A stretch of 64,000 nt of DNA, from IMG/VR virus record IMGVR_UViG_3300028840_001835; one strand, written 5' to 3'. This stretch comes from a virus (Duplodnaviria; Caudoviricetes). The notes under the pieces are model-generated. The model was not told where the DNA came from, searched no databases, and saw only the letters and a list, made by a program, of their open reading frames with translations. Positions 9,207 through 17,436 of this stretch are shown in pieces. How positions within the stretch are numbered: the first letter of the stretch is position 1; every line of letters begins with the position of its first letter. The position numbers and the translations under genes were made by a program.

Positions 9207-9216
9207 TTCTAATGAA

Positions 9217-9244
9217 AATATAGTAAAGAAATTCGTTTTGTCAA
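9217..9244 (-). promoter_or_regulatory. sigma70-type promoter
   Basis: TTGACA-N16-TATATT. Confidence 0.7.
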
Positions 9245-10141
9245 CTATCGAATTTTTAGTATTTGGTAACTGAAGTCCTTAACGCCTATGCGTAAACCTT
9301 TCACTTGAAAAATTATATCATTGTAATCCATATCGCTTGTCTCTGGATTGGAGTCCTCCTCAAATCCAAACTCACAGATCGAGTTTGTTGATAGTCCAGC
9401 AACACTAAACGGGCCGCCTGTGTATTTCATCCACCAGCTTGCTGGGTTACCATTCGATGGATGCTCATCCATTCCATCCTCGCACATTTCCGGATCCTTG
9501 ACTTTGTATGTGAAATGTATCGGCTTGTTTTTCGGAATGTCAAAAATACGACTAAGATTCACCTCTGCGCCAGGCTCCACTTCACTTGAAAAGATTCTAT
9601 AAAATCCTATCTTTCCAGATTCGCAATCCTTTAAACATTCGACATAAAAACATCTCTCTGGGTCATCCTCCTTACATTCGTTTCCGCACGTAACCTCATC
9701 ATCATAAGCATATACACATTCCTCGACTGGTTCAAAATCTCTCCATAATTCTGGGTCTAACCAAGGTCCATATATTGCTGGAGGTTCTGGTTCCTCAAAA
9801 GAACATCCGTCCTTCGCAAATATATTGAGTCCCTCCGACGATGCCTTGTCCCAGTAATTATCACAACCCATTCTGCAGTACATCTTATCTTCATTTGAGA
9901 GCTCAGTTCTTCTCTCACAATCGAGGCACATTAGATATAGATCGCCTTGCCACTTTGCCGTCTTATTCTGAAGCCAGACGACCACACTGTCATCGGTCTC
10001 CCTTATGAACTCTGCCCCCTTATATAACTTCTGTGCAGTCCAGAGTCCCTTGTCCTTATCTTCTGGTTGAAACAATCTTGGTTCTTCTGTTGTTCCTATA
10101 CATAGAATGAAGGCAAGTATTAGAAATATTTTCTTAATCAT
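9245..10141 (-). CDS. secreted Cys-rich protein with DUF4114-like C-terminus
   Basis: True start MIKKIFLILAFILCIG (signal peptide); EFGFEED...DMDYNDIIFQV; the ORF-track N-extension overlaps tRNAs. Confidence 0.7.
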   Translation of the reverse strand: MIKKIFLILAFILCIGTTEEPRLFQPEDKDKGLWTAQKLYKGAEFIRETDDSVVVWLQNKTAKWQGDLYLMCLDCERRTELSNEDKMYCRMGCDNYWDKASSEGLNIFAKDGCSFEEPEPPAIYGPWLDPELWRDFEPVEECVYAYDDEVTCGNECKEDDPERCFYVECLKDCESGKIGFYRIFSSEVEPGAEVNLSRIFDIPKNKPIHFTYKVKDPEMCEDGMDEHPSNGNPASWWMKYTGGPFSVAGLSTNSICEFGFEEDSNPETSDMDYNDIIFQVKGLRIGVKDFSYQILKIR

Positions 10142-10152
10142 ATTGATTCTCC

Positions 10153-10227
10153 TGGCAGGTCCGCCCGGACTTGAACCGGAACTAACAGCTTCAAAGGCTG
10201 GTGTGCTGCCAATTACACCACAGACCT
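10153..10227 (-). tRNA. tRNA-Gln(UUG)
   Basis: Loop CT-TTG-AA, G73, CCA. Confidence 0.92.
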
Positions 10228-10237
10228 TCGTATGTAT

Positions 10238-10311
10238 TGGCTGGGGTAAAAGGAATCGAACCTCTATCTCTGCGTTCAGAGCGCAGTGCGCTACCATTGC
10301 ACCATACCCCA
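10238..10311 (-). tRNA. tRNA-Gln(CUG)
   Basis: U1-A72, loop CT-CTG-AA, CCA. Confidence 0.92.
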
Positions 10312-10318
10312 ATATATC

Positions 10319-10392
10319 TGGTAGCGGTACGGGGAATCGAACCCCGGTCTACCGGTAGAAAGCCGGCTGATCTGCCACTGAACTATACCGCC
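10319..10392 (-). tRNA. tRNA-Glu(UUC)
   Basis: Loop CT-TTC-TA, CCA. Confidence 0.88.
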
Positions 10393-10401
10393 TAGTAAAC
10401 T

Positions 10402-10813
10402 TGGTGGAGATGGCGGGAGTCGAACCCGCGTCCAAGAATCCTTCCTTATACACTTCTCCATGCTGAGTCCCCAGAACTTAATCGGTCGGACACCCCTGTG
10501 GACACAAATGCCCTGACCTATTCCTTGATATCCTCTACCACCTGTGTCTAAGGAAACCCTTCAGATGGTGTATCCTCCTTTATAACACCACTCCCCGGGC
10601 GGAGATAACTCCGGGGTAGGCGCCTATGCCCTCAAGCGTAGGTAGGGACTTGTGCCAGCCCGGTGAGAGCAGCGAACTGCATCACGAACTGAAGTCCTGT
10701 ATGATCTACGGTGTTGCCGTCTATCGTGTCTCTGGTTTTTTAAGAGGCCACCAGCACCTCTGCATGCTATGTATAGTTCTGCACCCCTGTCGAAGCCAGT
10801 TGTAAGCATCCCC
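10402..10813 (-). ncRNA. ssrA: tmRNA; tag ORF 10718..10632 = GNTVDHTGLQFVMQFAALTGLAQVPTYA
   Basis: GGGGATG/CATCTCC-ACCA with G3:U70; 5' TTCGAC; 3' GGACGCGGGTTCGACTCCCGCC; ATAGAC-GGCAAC resume context. Confidence 0.92.
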
Positions 10814-10816
10814 ATA

Positions 10817-11929
10817 TTATTTATAAATCAAAGAAGGAGTTTCCTCAGACCTAAATCGTATCACCTTATATGCCCCCAATTTAGTCTGAATAGCCTCCAC
10901 AAACTCATCCTCACTTCCAAATTCCTTCAATTCACCATTCTCCGTGAATCTCCATTCTCCCTCGACATGATCCAGGCAGGTGATCACCAGCTTGGAGAAA
11001 ACATTCGTCCTTAGACAATCATCGGACTCGATTGCATATCTCAACAGATCAAGATCAAGAACTGTCTTACGAAACTCACCCTGATACTCATGCATCTGGT
11101 TGGTCTCGTTTGGGTTGTCCTTTATATCATGATCTATGTGCTCATTTGTCATCGGGCCATTTCCATGCCGTGTCTGATATGCCCGGGTCACCATGTATAT
11201 ATCACGGCCTTCAAGTATCCTATCTGCGTCCTCGATCATCTTTAGAATATTCTTTGTACCCGTGTTTGATCTCGTCACGTGCGGGAAGAACCCTATATCC
11301 TTGTCGAGCAGCAACCCCTGCGAACCCTCAAAGACCTTCTCTCCGTCTGGCATCTCTGCGTTCATCGTTATCCACATTGGCATTAAATCTTCCAATGTAT
11401 CGACCGCTTTATAAAACTCACCAAGGTCCAGATCCTCGAATCCATAATACTTCTGAATCAGGTTCATCTTAATCTTAAGGACCGATGTATTAAACAGGTC
11501 CTTGAACCGTAGAGAGTAAAAGTTCTCCTCCCTCTCTATAGTCGCACCAAACCCGACCCCACAGGTTCCATGTTCCTTAGTCAATGCGCTGTGTTGATTA
11601 AAATGCCTATCAAAAGGTGTCGTTATAGGGCAGTCGGGGTGTATGGTCATATATGGGTCAGCCCCTTTAGCCTTCAGCACATGAAACTCGGTTATTAATG
11701 CCTCGGGATCGACTGTGCAGAATCTCGACCAGTAAGTGGGAATCCCACTCAATGTACCAGAACCGAAATTCGAGAACACATGGCGAACACCATCACGCAC
11801 GACGGTATGCCCTGCCTGGCTCCCTCCCGAGAACCTTACAACAACTGGGCTCTGGGCCTCAGAGCAAAGGTAGTCCGTGAGGATACCCTTGCCCGAGTCA
11901 CCAAAACCTAAGTCTATGACAGCCTTCAT
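10817..11929 (-). CDS. divergent adenylosuccinate synthetase-like (PurA-fold) protein
   Basis: GDSGKG, GGSQAGHT, EGSQGLLLD, PHVTRSNT, RAYQTRHGNGP. Confidence 0.88.
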   Translation of the reverse strand: MKAVIDLGFGDSGKGILTDYLCSEAQSPVVVRFSGGSQAGHTVVRDGVRHVFSNFGSGTLSGIPTYWSRFCTVDPEALITEFHVLKAKGADPYMTIHPDCPITTPFDRHFNQHSALTKEHGTCGVGFGATIEREENFYSLRFKDLFNTSVLKIKMNLIQKYYGFEDLDLGEFYKAVDTLEDLMPMWITMNAEMPDGEKVFEGSQGLLLDKDIGFFPHVTRSNTGTKNILKMIEDADRILEGRDIYMVTRAYQTRHGNGPMTNEHIDHDIKDNPNETNQMHEYQGEFRKTVLDLDLLRYAIESDDCLRTNVFSKLVITCLDHVEGEWRFTENGELKEFGSEDEFVEAIQTKLGAYKVIRFRSEETPSLIYK

Positions 11930-12792
11930 AACATGACTTCTTCCGAGGGCTCCTCGGTCGAACTTTCTTTCTTCCCTGTTACTTTCTGCTGTCCGTTTTC
12001 GTTCTTTGTTACTATGTCAGCGATTATGTCTGAAACCTCTGCATGGTGTTTGACCTCAATCAGGTTCTTACCCATGAGCTGTCTCCAACCTGCGACTGTC
12101 GTAGGATCACTTCCTGCACCAGTTTCCGAGATATGGAGATGATATACATTGTATGTCTCCCTCGCCTTGTCAAGAAGCTGTGCCGCCGTGTACTTTTGAT
12201 ACTGGCCAGGACCCATGATCTTCTGAACCGCTGCCTTCGGAACATCCTTCAATGTAGGCTCATCGCCTATCGTGAAGAGGTATCCCTTTCTCTGGCGTTT
12301 CTCCCAGCAGTCGATGGACGTGTGGTATCCGGCAAAGTACCATGCAAGCAGGTAACTCTCACCGTAGTTCCCCCCACCTCCACCTTCCAGGTATATATCG
12401 GTCAGCCATTTGTCCAACAGCTCATCGCTGGACTCAAACTGTCCCACCTGAAGGGGCGAGTCATCGCACTCATGGTCGCCCACGCCAACGAATAACAGCT
12501 GAGGGTCTTTCACGCCCTTCTGAATGATCCCATCCATGATGTTGGGCAACCCGTCCTTCACAAGGTGATGAGGAACGGAACCCATTGACCCTGTCAGGTC
12601 GAGAGCCAACATGATTGCGACTGAGTTTGGGTGCTCCTTGGAGTCCCTAGCCTCCCTTAGCTTGACGCCATGGGGGTTCATCGCATTGTTGATCTGTCTC
12701 TGGCTAAAAGTCTCATGAACAGACTTTGTGTGATAGCCCAGGTCTTCGGCCCGGGCCATCCGTGTCGTTGTGCAATATGATCCACCTCCCAT
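11926..12792 (-). CDS. vWA-domain protein
   Basis: MIDAS DLTGSM; GVGD; EGGGGGN.GESY; FTIGDE. Confidence 0.85.
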   Translation of the reverse strand: MGGGSYCTTTRMARAEDLGYHTKSVHETFSQRQINNAMNPHGVKLREARDSKEHPNSVAIMLALDLTGSMGSVPHHLVKDGLPNIMDGIIQKGVKDPQLLFVGVGDHECDDSPLQVGQFESSDELLDKWLTDIYLEGGGGGNYGESYLLAWYFAGYHTSIDCWEKRQRKGYLFTIGDEPTLKDVPKAAVQKIMGPGQYQKYTAAQLLDKARETYNVYHLHISETGAGSDPTTVAGWRQLMGKNLIEVKHHAEVSDIIADIVTKNENGQQKVTGKKESSTEEPSEEVML

Positions 12793-13166
12793 TATATTGC
12801 CTCCCCGAACAATCTGAGATACTGCGCCTTTGCAATATCAAGTTCGATGGTCTTGTTGCGGATCTTCACACCGAGATCCAGATCGGTCGCCACGAAGGCA
12901 TCTGGATCAAAATCCGCTGCAACCTTAAGATTCATCGCATTGTCGGGCGACAGGTCGAGCATATTCTCACGCTGTCGATTCAGACGTTTGATGGAAACCT
13001 CAAGATCCTCGATCTTGCGTTTGTATATCAACTGAGCATCCTCAGCGATGGCCTGCGCACGATCTTCACGGATCTTTTTGTTGTTCCGTATAAGGCTATC
13101 AAGAAACGCCCCTGTGGGTTTCGCATCCGCGGCGGGTGCTTCTTGAACCTGTGTATCTTCAGCCAT
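12792..13166 (-). CDS. coiled-coil hypothetical protein, first gene of the vWA/PurA-like operon
   Basis: Helical; stop/start overlap with vWA gene. Confidence 0.75.
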   Translation of the reverse strand: MAEDTQVQEAPAADAKPTGAFLDSLIRNNKKIREDRAQAIAEDAQLIYKRKIEDLEVSIKRLNRQRENMLDLSPDNAMNLKVAADFDPDAFVATDLDLGVKIRNKTIELDIAKAQYLRLFGEAI

Positions 13167-13204
13167 TCTATCTCCTTTTGTTAAAAATGAAAATGGTTAA
13201 ATAC

Positions 13205-13232
13205 AATATAGTAAAATATTTTCAATTGTCAA
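13205..13232 (-). promoter_or_regulatory. sigma70-type promoter of the vWA/PurA-like operon
   Basis: TTGACA-N16-TATATT. Confidence 0.7.
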
Positions 13233-13233
13233 C

Positions 13234-13515
13234 CTACTCTCCATGATACTGCCAAAGGACCGCATTACATTTCGCATGGACCGCGCCAATCGTCATTCCT
13301 GTATTATGATCGTGATGTAAATGTATAGGGTTCTTGAAAAAGCCCCTTGGAAACAAAGTTAAAAGAATCGGCAATTCCCTTATCTGTCTATCAGGCTTCC
13401 CGCTAAGTGACGCACCGCAGTGGCAACATATGTTATTCTGACGCCTTACATATTCCTCTCTAACGAGCCTGCGTTTTGAATAATGTAACCTGTCATAATT
13501 AACCGGAAGCTCCAT
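13234..13515 (-). CDS. endonuclease VII-like (His-Me finger) protein
   Basis: Q...CCHC...HLHHDHNTG...GAVHAKCN. Confidence 0.75.
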   Translation of the reverse strand: MELPVNYDRLHYSKRRLVREEYVRRQNNICCHCGASLSGKPDRQIRELPILLTLFPRGFFKNPIHLHHDHNTGMTIGAVHAKCNAVLWQYHGE

Positions 13516-13534
13516 TCAATTTCCTTTCAAGTTG

Positions 13535-13617
13535 AGGAGGACGGAGGAGTCGAACCCCTAGCCTCTCGGCCACCCCAGGGTTCAAACCTGGTTGCGGACC
13601 ATCCCGCGGCGCCCTCC
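13535..13617 (-). tRNA. tRNA-Ser(UGA), atypical (U73, no encoded CCA)
   Basis: Loop TT-TGA-AC; long variable arm GCC-GAGA-GGC. Confidence 0.75.
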
Positions 13618-13936
13618 TATTCGTTTTCTTCAATCAATTTCTTCAATGTCGATACAATCTATTGACATAAAACAGGTTCCTCAACAAAAAGAACAGTCAC
13701 CTCCGACTCTGGATCGATATATACAGGACCAAGGTCGTTTCCCGTCTTGGAATTAAACTCGTTTCGATACTCACCCATACCTATTCCTAATGGATGTATC
13801 TTTAGGTATGTGGTGTTCTGCTCCTTTCGTGTTACAACCTTCCCATAGTTATAATGCTTCACAACACCCTCATAGGAGAAGATGGTACCAACTGTCAGCT
13901 GTTTTAGTTTTCCTTTCCAGACAGTCATAATCAAGT

Positions 13937-14024
13937 TGGCGGAGGGTAGGCGAATCGAACACCTGCTGGGTTCCCCCAGGCCACCCGGTAGCAGCGGGGC
14001 ACATTACCTCTCTGTCAACCCTCC
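13937..14024 (-). tRNA. tRNA-Ser(GCU)
   Basis: Loop CT-GCT-AC, long variable arm, G73, CCA. Confidence 0.92.
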
Positions 14025-14031
14025 ATATATA

Positions 14032-14397
14032 CTAATCCCTTCTTTCTATGGGACAGCGTTTCTCATCCTTTATTGATAATTTCCTTCCGTAACCTTTAAT
14101 CTTTTTTGGTACACCTTTTCCACTTGTTTTCTTCACCTTTATCACTTTGTCATCGTCTGGTACATCAAAACAATTTACATATCTCCAGTCCACCTTTCCA
14201 CACTTCTTACAGACTCTCTGCCACTTGATGTTGGTGAACCAGTAACCACTGGGTCCCGGCGGGTTCGCGGCCTTCCTCTGCCGCTCCTTGATCTCGTCCT
14301 CGGTCATTACCCGTTCTCTAAGACCTGTCGTTTTATTAACCTCAAAAGTCAATGGTTGAAATTTTTCAAAATCGTGTTTCTTTCTACATCTAGCCAT
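14032..14397 (-). CDS. basic zinc-finger protein
   Basis: Start refined to MARCRKKH; CKKC; Lys-rich tail. Confidence 0.7.
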   Translation of the reverse strand: MARCRKKHDFEKFQPLTFEVNKTTGLRERVMTEDEIKERQRKAANPPGPSGYWFTNIKWQRVCKKCGKVDWRYVNCFDVPDDDKVIKVKKTSGKGVPKKIKGYGRKLSIKDEKRCPIERRD

Positions 14398-14539
14398 CGG
14401 ATTTTCCTTTAATTTCTTTAAGCGCCAACCACACTCCAAGTACCGCACCAACCGCCGCGCCAGGCCAACCAAAGATACAACATGCGCCCGCTCCGATTAT
14501 TGTTAGTCTTACTATCGTATCTATCTTCTCAAAGGTCAT
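14390..14539 (-). CDS. small glycine-zipper membrane protein (49 aa)
   Basis: IIGAGACCIFGWPGAAVGAVLGVWLAL; below ORF cutoff. Confidence 0.65.
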   Translation of the reverse strand: MTFEKIDTIVRLTIIGAGACCIFGWPGAAVGAVLGVWLALKEIKGKSDG

Positions 14540-14546
14540 AATTAGT

Positions 14547-14621
14547 TGGTAGCCCCGGGAGGAGTCGAACCCCCATCGAGCGGTTCGTAGCCGCTAATTC
14601 TATCCATTGAACTACAGGGCC
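14547..14621 (-). tRNA. tRNA-Arg(ACG)
   Basis: Loop CT-ACG-AA, A20, CCA. Confidence 0.92.
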
Positions 14622-14633
14622 ATATGTATTTAG

Positions 14634-14718
14634 TGGTGGAGGATGCGCGGACTTGGACCGCGGTCTTCTGCCTGCGATTACACCAGCAAGCAGACGTTCT
14701 CCATTGAACTACACCCCC
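14634..14718 (-). tRNA. tRNA-Ala-like gene with 11-nt anticodon-loop insertion
   Basis: Ala-type acceptor; stem TCTGC/GCAGA encloses 18 nt; T loop TCCAAGT; CCA. Confidence 0.6.
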
Positions 14719-14721
14719 ATA

Positions 14722-15171
14722 TCATTGTAAACCGTTCTTGAATAAAGTGTCCTTGATCGTCTTGACCGTTATATACTTTAGATGAGTACCTATCTCTATT
14801 CTATTTATCTTATTGTTACAAAAAACATAGGCCGCCCAATGAACATCCTTATTCCATCTACCAGCCCTTGCTTCCTTACGAATAAGAGCATGACCTTCGG
14901 GGAAAAAAGATTTTATATATGTCTCAATCAGTTCAAAACTCTTGAACGGTATGAAATCCTTTATCCGTTCCAACTTATATTTGTTCTCTTTATCAACCTC
15001 TATGATAAATTTAATATGATATGGCTCGGGTTTATATCCTCCATATCTTGCATAGTATTCTGGCCCGTACCTACCATAGTAAGGTTCTTTATCAAATTCA
15101 AGCCCACTTATAAAAAGATATTGACTTACATGCTCCTCGTGGTATGGAGGTATATTAAACACCCGTTTCAT
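14722..15171 (-). CDS. FLxG-family paralog
   Basis: QYLFISGL; tandem duplicate of 15155. Confidence 0.75.
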   Translation of the reverse strand: MKRVFNIPPYHEEHVSQYLFISGLEFDKEPYYGRYGPEYYARYGGYKPEPYHIKFIIEVDKENKYKLERIKDFIPFKSFELIETYIKSFFPEGHALIRKEARAGRWNKDVHWAAYVFCNNKINRIEIGTHLKYITVKTIKDTLFKNGLQ

Positions 15172-15580
15172 CTACGCCTCCTAAGATTATCCCAACGGTT
15201 TCCAATCTCTCTCTCAATCTCTCAAGGGTTAGGTACTTCAGAGCGTCACTGACCTCTATCCTGTTGATCCTCTTGTTGTGATATATGTACATCACTATCC
15301 CACATCCTCTCTCCCGGTTGACCAATATATCACCGGGTGGGAACTGTTCCTGCAAAAACTTTTCAAGCGAACGGGAGGACTTGAATGGTATGAAATCCTT
15401 TATCCGCTCCAGCTTGGGCCTGTCCTCCTTCTTCACATCAAGCTCGAAGATGGCCTCTATAATTCTTTCGCCCCAGTATTCCTTTCTTATTTTCTTATTG
15501 ACAATCTTTATGCCACTAATGAACAGATACTTCTCTGCCTTCTCTGCATTGTACCCAGGGATACTAAACACACGTTTCAT
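15155..15580 (-). CDS. FLxG-family paralog
   Basis: KYLFISGI; shares LERIKDFIPFKS and NRIE with 14722. Confidence 0.75.
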   Translation of the reverse strand: MKRVFSIPGYNAEKAEKYLFISGIKIVNKKIRKEYWGERIIEAIFELDVKKEDRPKLERIKDFIPFKSSRSLEKFLQEQFPPGDILVNRERGCGIVMYIYHNKRINRIEVSDALKYLTLERLRERLETVGIILGGVDETGV

Positions 15581-15602
15581 TTAAACGTCCTTTCAATTGA
15601 AA

Positions 15603-15677
15603 TGGTAGGTCTGCAGGGAGTCGAACCCCGATCTGAACCTTAGGAGGGTACTATTCTATCCATTGAACTACAGACCC
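15603..15677 (-). tRNA. tRNA-Arg(CCU)
   Basis: Loop CT-CCT-AA, CCA. Confidence 0.92.
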
Positions 15678-15684
15678 ATATATT

Positions 15685-15760
15685 TGGTACCCCTGGAAGG
15701 AATCGAACCCTCATCCTGGCGTTAGAAGCGCCGTATTCTAATCCGTTGAACTACAGGGGC
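15685..15760 (-). tRNA. tRNA-Arg(UCU)
   Basis: Loop CT-TCT-AA, CCA. Confidence 0.92.
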
Positions 15761-15766
15761 TAGTTC

Positions 15767-15843
15767 TGGGGTGACCGGCCGGAATCGAACCGGCATTGCT
15801 AGAGTCACAGTCTAGTATCTTAACCAATTAGATGACAGTCACC
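15767..15843 (-). tRNA. tRNA-His(GUG)
   Basis: G-1/C73, loop CT-GTG-AC, CCA. Confidence 0.92.
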
Positions 15844-15960
15844 ATGCACAACGTCCGTGATAAAGAACCCTAACACAAGATGCCATTTCCCGCATCCGAG
15901 GTTTGACCGCCGGGACCATTCATCCTCGACCTTTTGGTGCCTTATCAAAGAGAAACTTTT

Positions 15961-16037
15961 TGGTGACCAGGGTGGGGGTCGAACCCACACTGAACAGGGT
16001 CTAAGCCTGCTCCCTCTTCCAGTTGGGGTACCTGGCC
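15961..16037 (-). tRNA. tRNA-Leu(UAG), short variable arm
   Basis: 75/77 identical to tRNA-Leu(UAA) at 9130. Confidence 0.88.
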
Positions 16038-16461
16038 ATTAAATCTCGTTTAATTCAAATTCAACTATCTTTATGTCAGAAGGATTAATACTTCCAAATC
16101 TTATACCAATATTTATCTTTCCCTGGGTCACCTGAAAGTTGGCAGCTCCTCTCGTCTTGTATAGGTTACCAAACTCCTTCCTGAACCCACCGTTGGTGAA
16201 GAAGGTATTATCCTTCGTGTTCTTGATTGAATAAACAATCATACCAATCCTTTCGGTTACAATCTCTCCACCAAGGTCCAGTTCTTATACTCATCAGGGT
16301 TTGCCCATGTGCTTGTGCCATCGGCATGCTGGACCTTAAAATACTCTTTGGAGGGCGAGGTCTCTATCACCTTCACCTCTTCCATGTTCCAGTTCGGATA
16401 CCTCTTGATTAACATCCGACCTTTTATATCCGTTGCTTTCATTCAATCCTCATTCAAAAGT

Positions 16462-16536
16462 TGGTACCCCCGCTAGGTAACGATCCCAGTTCCCCGAGTT
16501 AAAAGCCCGGTGCATCACCATTAATGCTTCGGAGGC
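16462..16536 (-). tRNA. tRNA-Lys(UUU)
   Basis: Loop CT-TTT-AA; T loop ATCGTTA; CCA. Confidence 0.88.
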
Positions 16537-16542
16537 ATAAAT

Positions 16543-16755
16543 CTATCTTAATGTATCTCCCACATTGTACAGGCTACACGGCGCAACGAAATAAACATAA
16601 TTAATCGGATCGCCAACGGCCCATATATCAAATGAACAAAGGTCCCTTTTAAGATCCTCAATTTCCTTGTTGTTTATGATAAGAGGATGTACTAATTGAT
16701 CACCACATCCCAATAACATCACGCCTAACATAAGTAGGTAAATAAACTTTTTCAT
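16543..16755 (-). CDS. lipoprotein
   Basis: Signal peptide with lipobox LLG-C. Confidence 0.7.
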   Translation of the reverse strand: MKKFIYLLMLGVMLLGCGDQLVHPLIINNKEIEDLKRDLCSFDIWAVGDPINYVYFVAPCSLYNVGDTLR

Positions 16756-16797
16756 GTTCGTTCCTTTCTTGTTTAGTTTTCTTGTTTAGTATATATC

Positions 16798-16873
16798 TGG
16801 TGCCAGCGCCCAGAATCGAACTGGAATCTTCCGGGCTTCAACCGGACGAGTTGACCACGTTTTCCACACTGGC
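16798..16873 (-). tRNA. tRNA-Phe(GAA)
   Basis: Loop TT-GAA-GC, CCA. Confidence 0.88.
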
Positions 16874-16884
16874 ATAAAACTCTT

Positions 16885-16962
16885 TGGAGGCTCCGGTGGG
16901 AATCGAACCCACTACCAACTGGTTAACAACCAGACGCTCTACTCCGGTGAGCTACAGGAGCC
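16885..16962 (-). tRNA. tRNA-Asn(GUU), bulged acceptor, U73
   Basis: Loop TT-GTT-AA, CCA. Confidence 0.75.
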
Positions 16963-16973
16963 TTATTGAATGA

Positions 16974-17246
16974 TTAATATAATATATCTGCGGTCCTTGC
17001 TTCTTTCTTATCAATAAGATGTTGCCCAAGTTTATCAAGTTCACCTTTTCTTTTTGATCTTGTTTCTATTCCTGTTTTTCTATCAAAGGATTGTTCCTTT
17101 GTAATTATTTCCTTTGGGGTTAATTTAATTATCTTAACCCAGCCCATCTGTTCATCATCTGATGAAAAAATCTCAACGTATTTTCCAACTTGTAATTTTT
17201 CATCAGTAAAATCTTTACTCTCATTTAGATATTCTTTAAAATCCAT
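16974..17246 (-). CDS. putative capsid-internal protein (CTS-like)
   Basis: MDFKEYLNE; TATAAATA at 17265-17272. Confidence 0.7.
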   Translation of the reverse strand: MDFKEYLNESKDFTDEKLQVGKYVEIFSSDDEQMGWVKIIKLTPKEIITKEQSFDRKTGIETRSKRKGELDKLGQHLIDKKEARTADILY

Positions 17247-17272
17247 ACAACCTCCGTTTAAGAATATTTATA

Positions 17273-17347
17273 TGAAGCCCCAGGGCAGGAGTCGAACCGC
17301 CGTCGCCTGAGTACGAAACAGGCATTCTACCGTTGAACTACAAGGGC
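17273..17347 (-). tRNA. tRNA-Thr(CGU), ends TCA
   Basis: Loop TT-CGT-AC. Confidence 0.75.
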
Positions 17348-17355
17348 ATAACATC

Positions 17356-17429
17356 TGGAGCTGGAGGACAGAATCGAACTGTCGTCCCCTGCATACCACG
17401 CAGGTGTTCTACCATTTAACTACACCAGC
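17356..17429 (-). tRNA. tRNA-Thr(GGU)
   Basis: Loop GT-GGT-AT, CCA. Confidence 0.88.
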
Positions 17430-17436
17430 AAACATC

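Noticed and set aside
10817-11929. PurZ (2-aminoadenine DNA) call
   Set aside because: P-loop is GDSGKG with the catalytic Asp, not the PurZ GSTGKG; no supporting partner genes seen in the window.
13535-13617. Selenocysteine tRNA
   Set aside because: Anticodon is TGA (Ser), not TCA, and the acceptor stem is 7 bp.
15845-15958. tRNA-associated HDV-like (theta) ribozyme
   Set aside because: Does not start at the tRNA 3' end, and I could not map the nested double pseudoknot.
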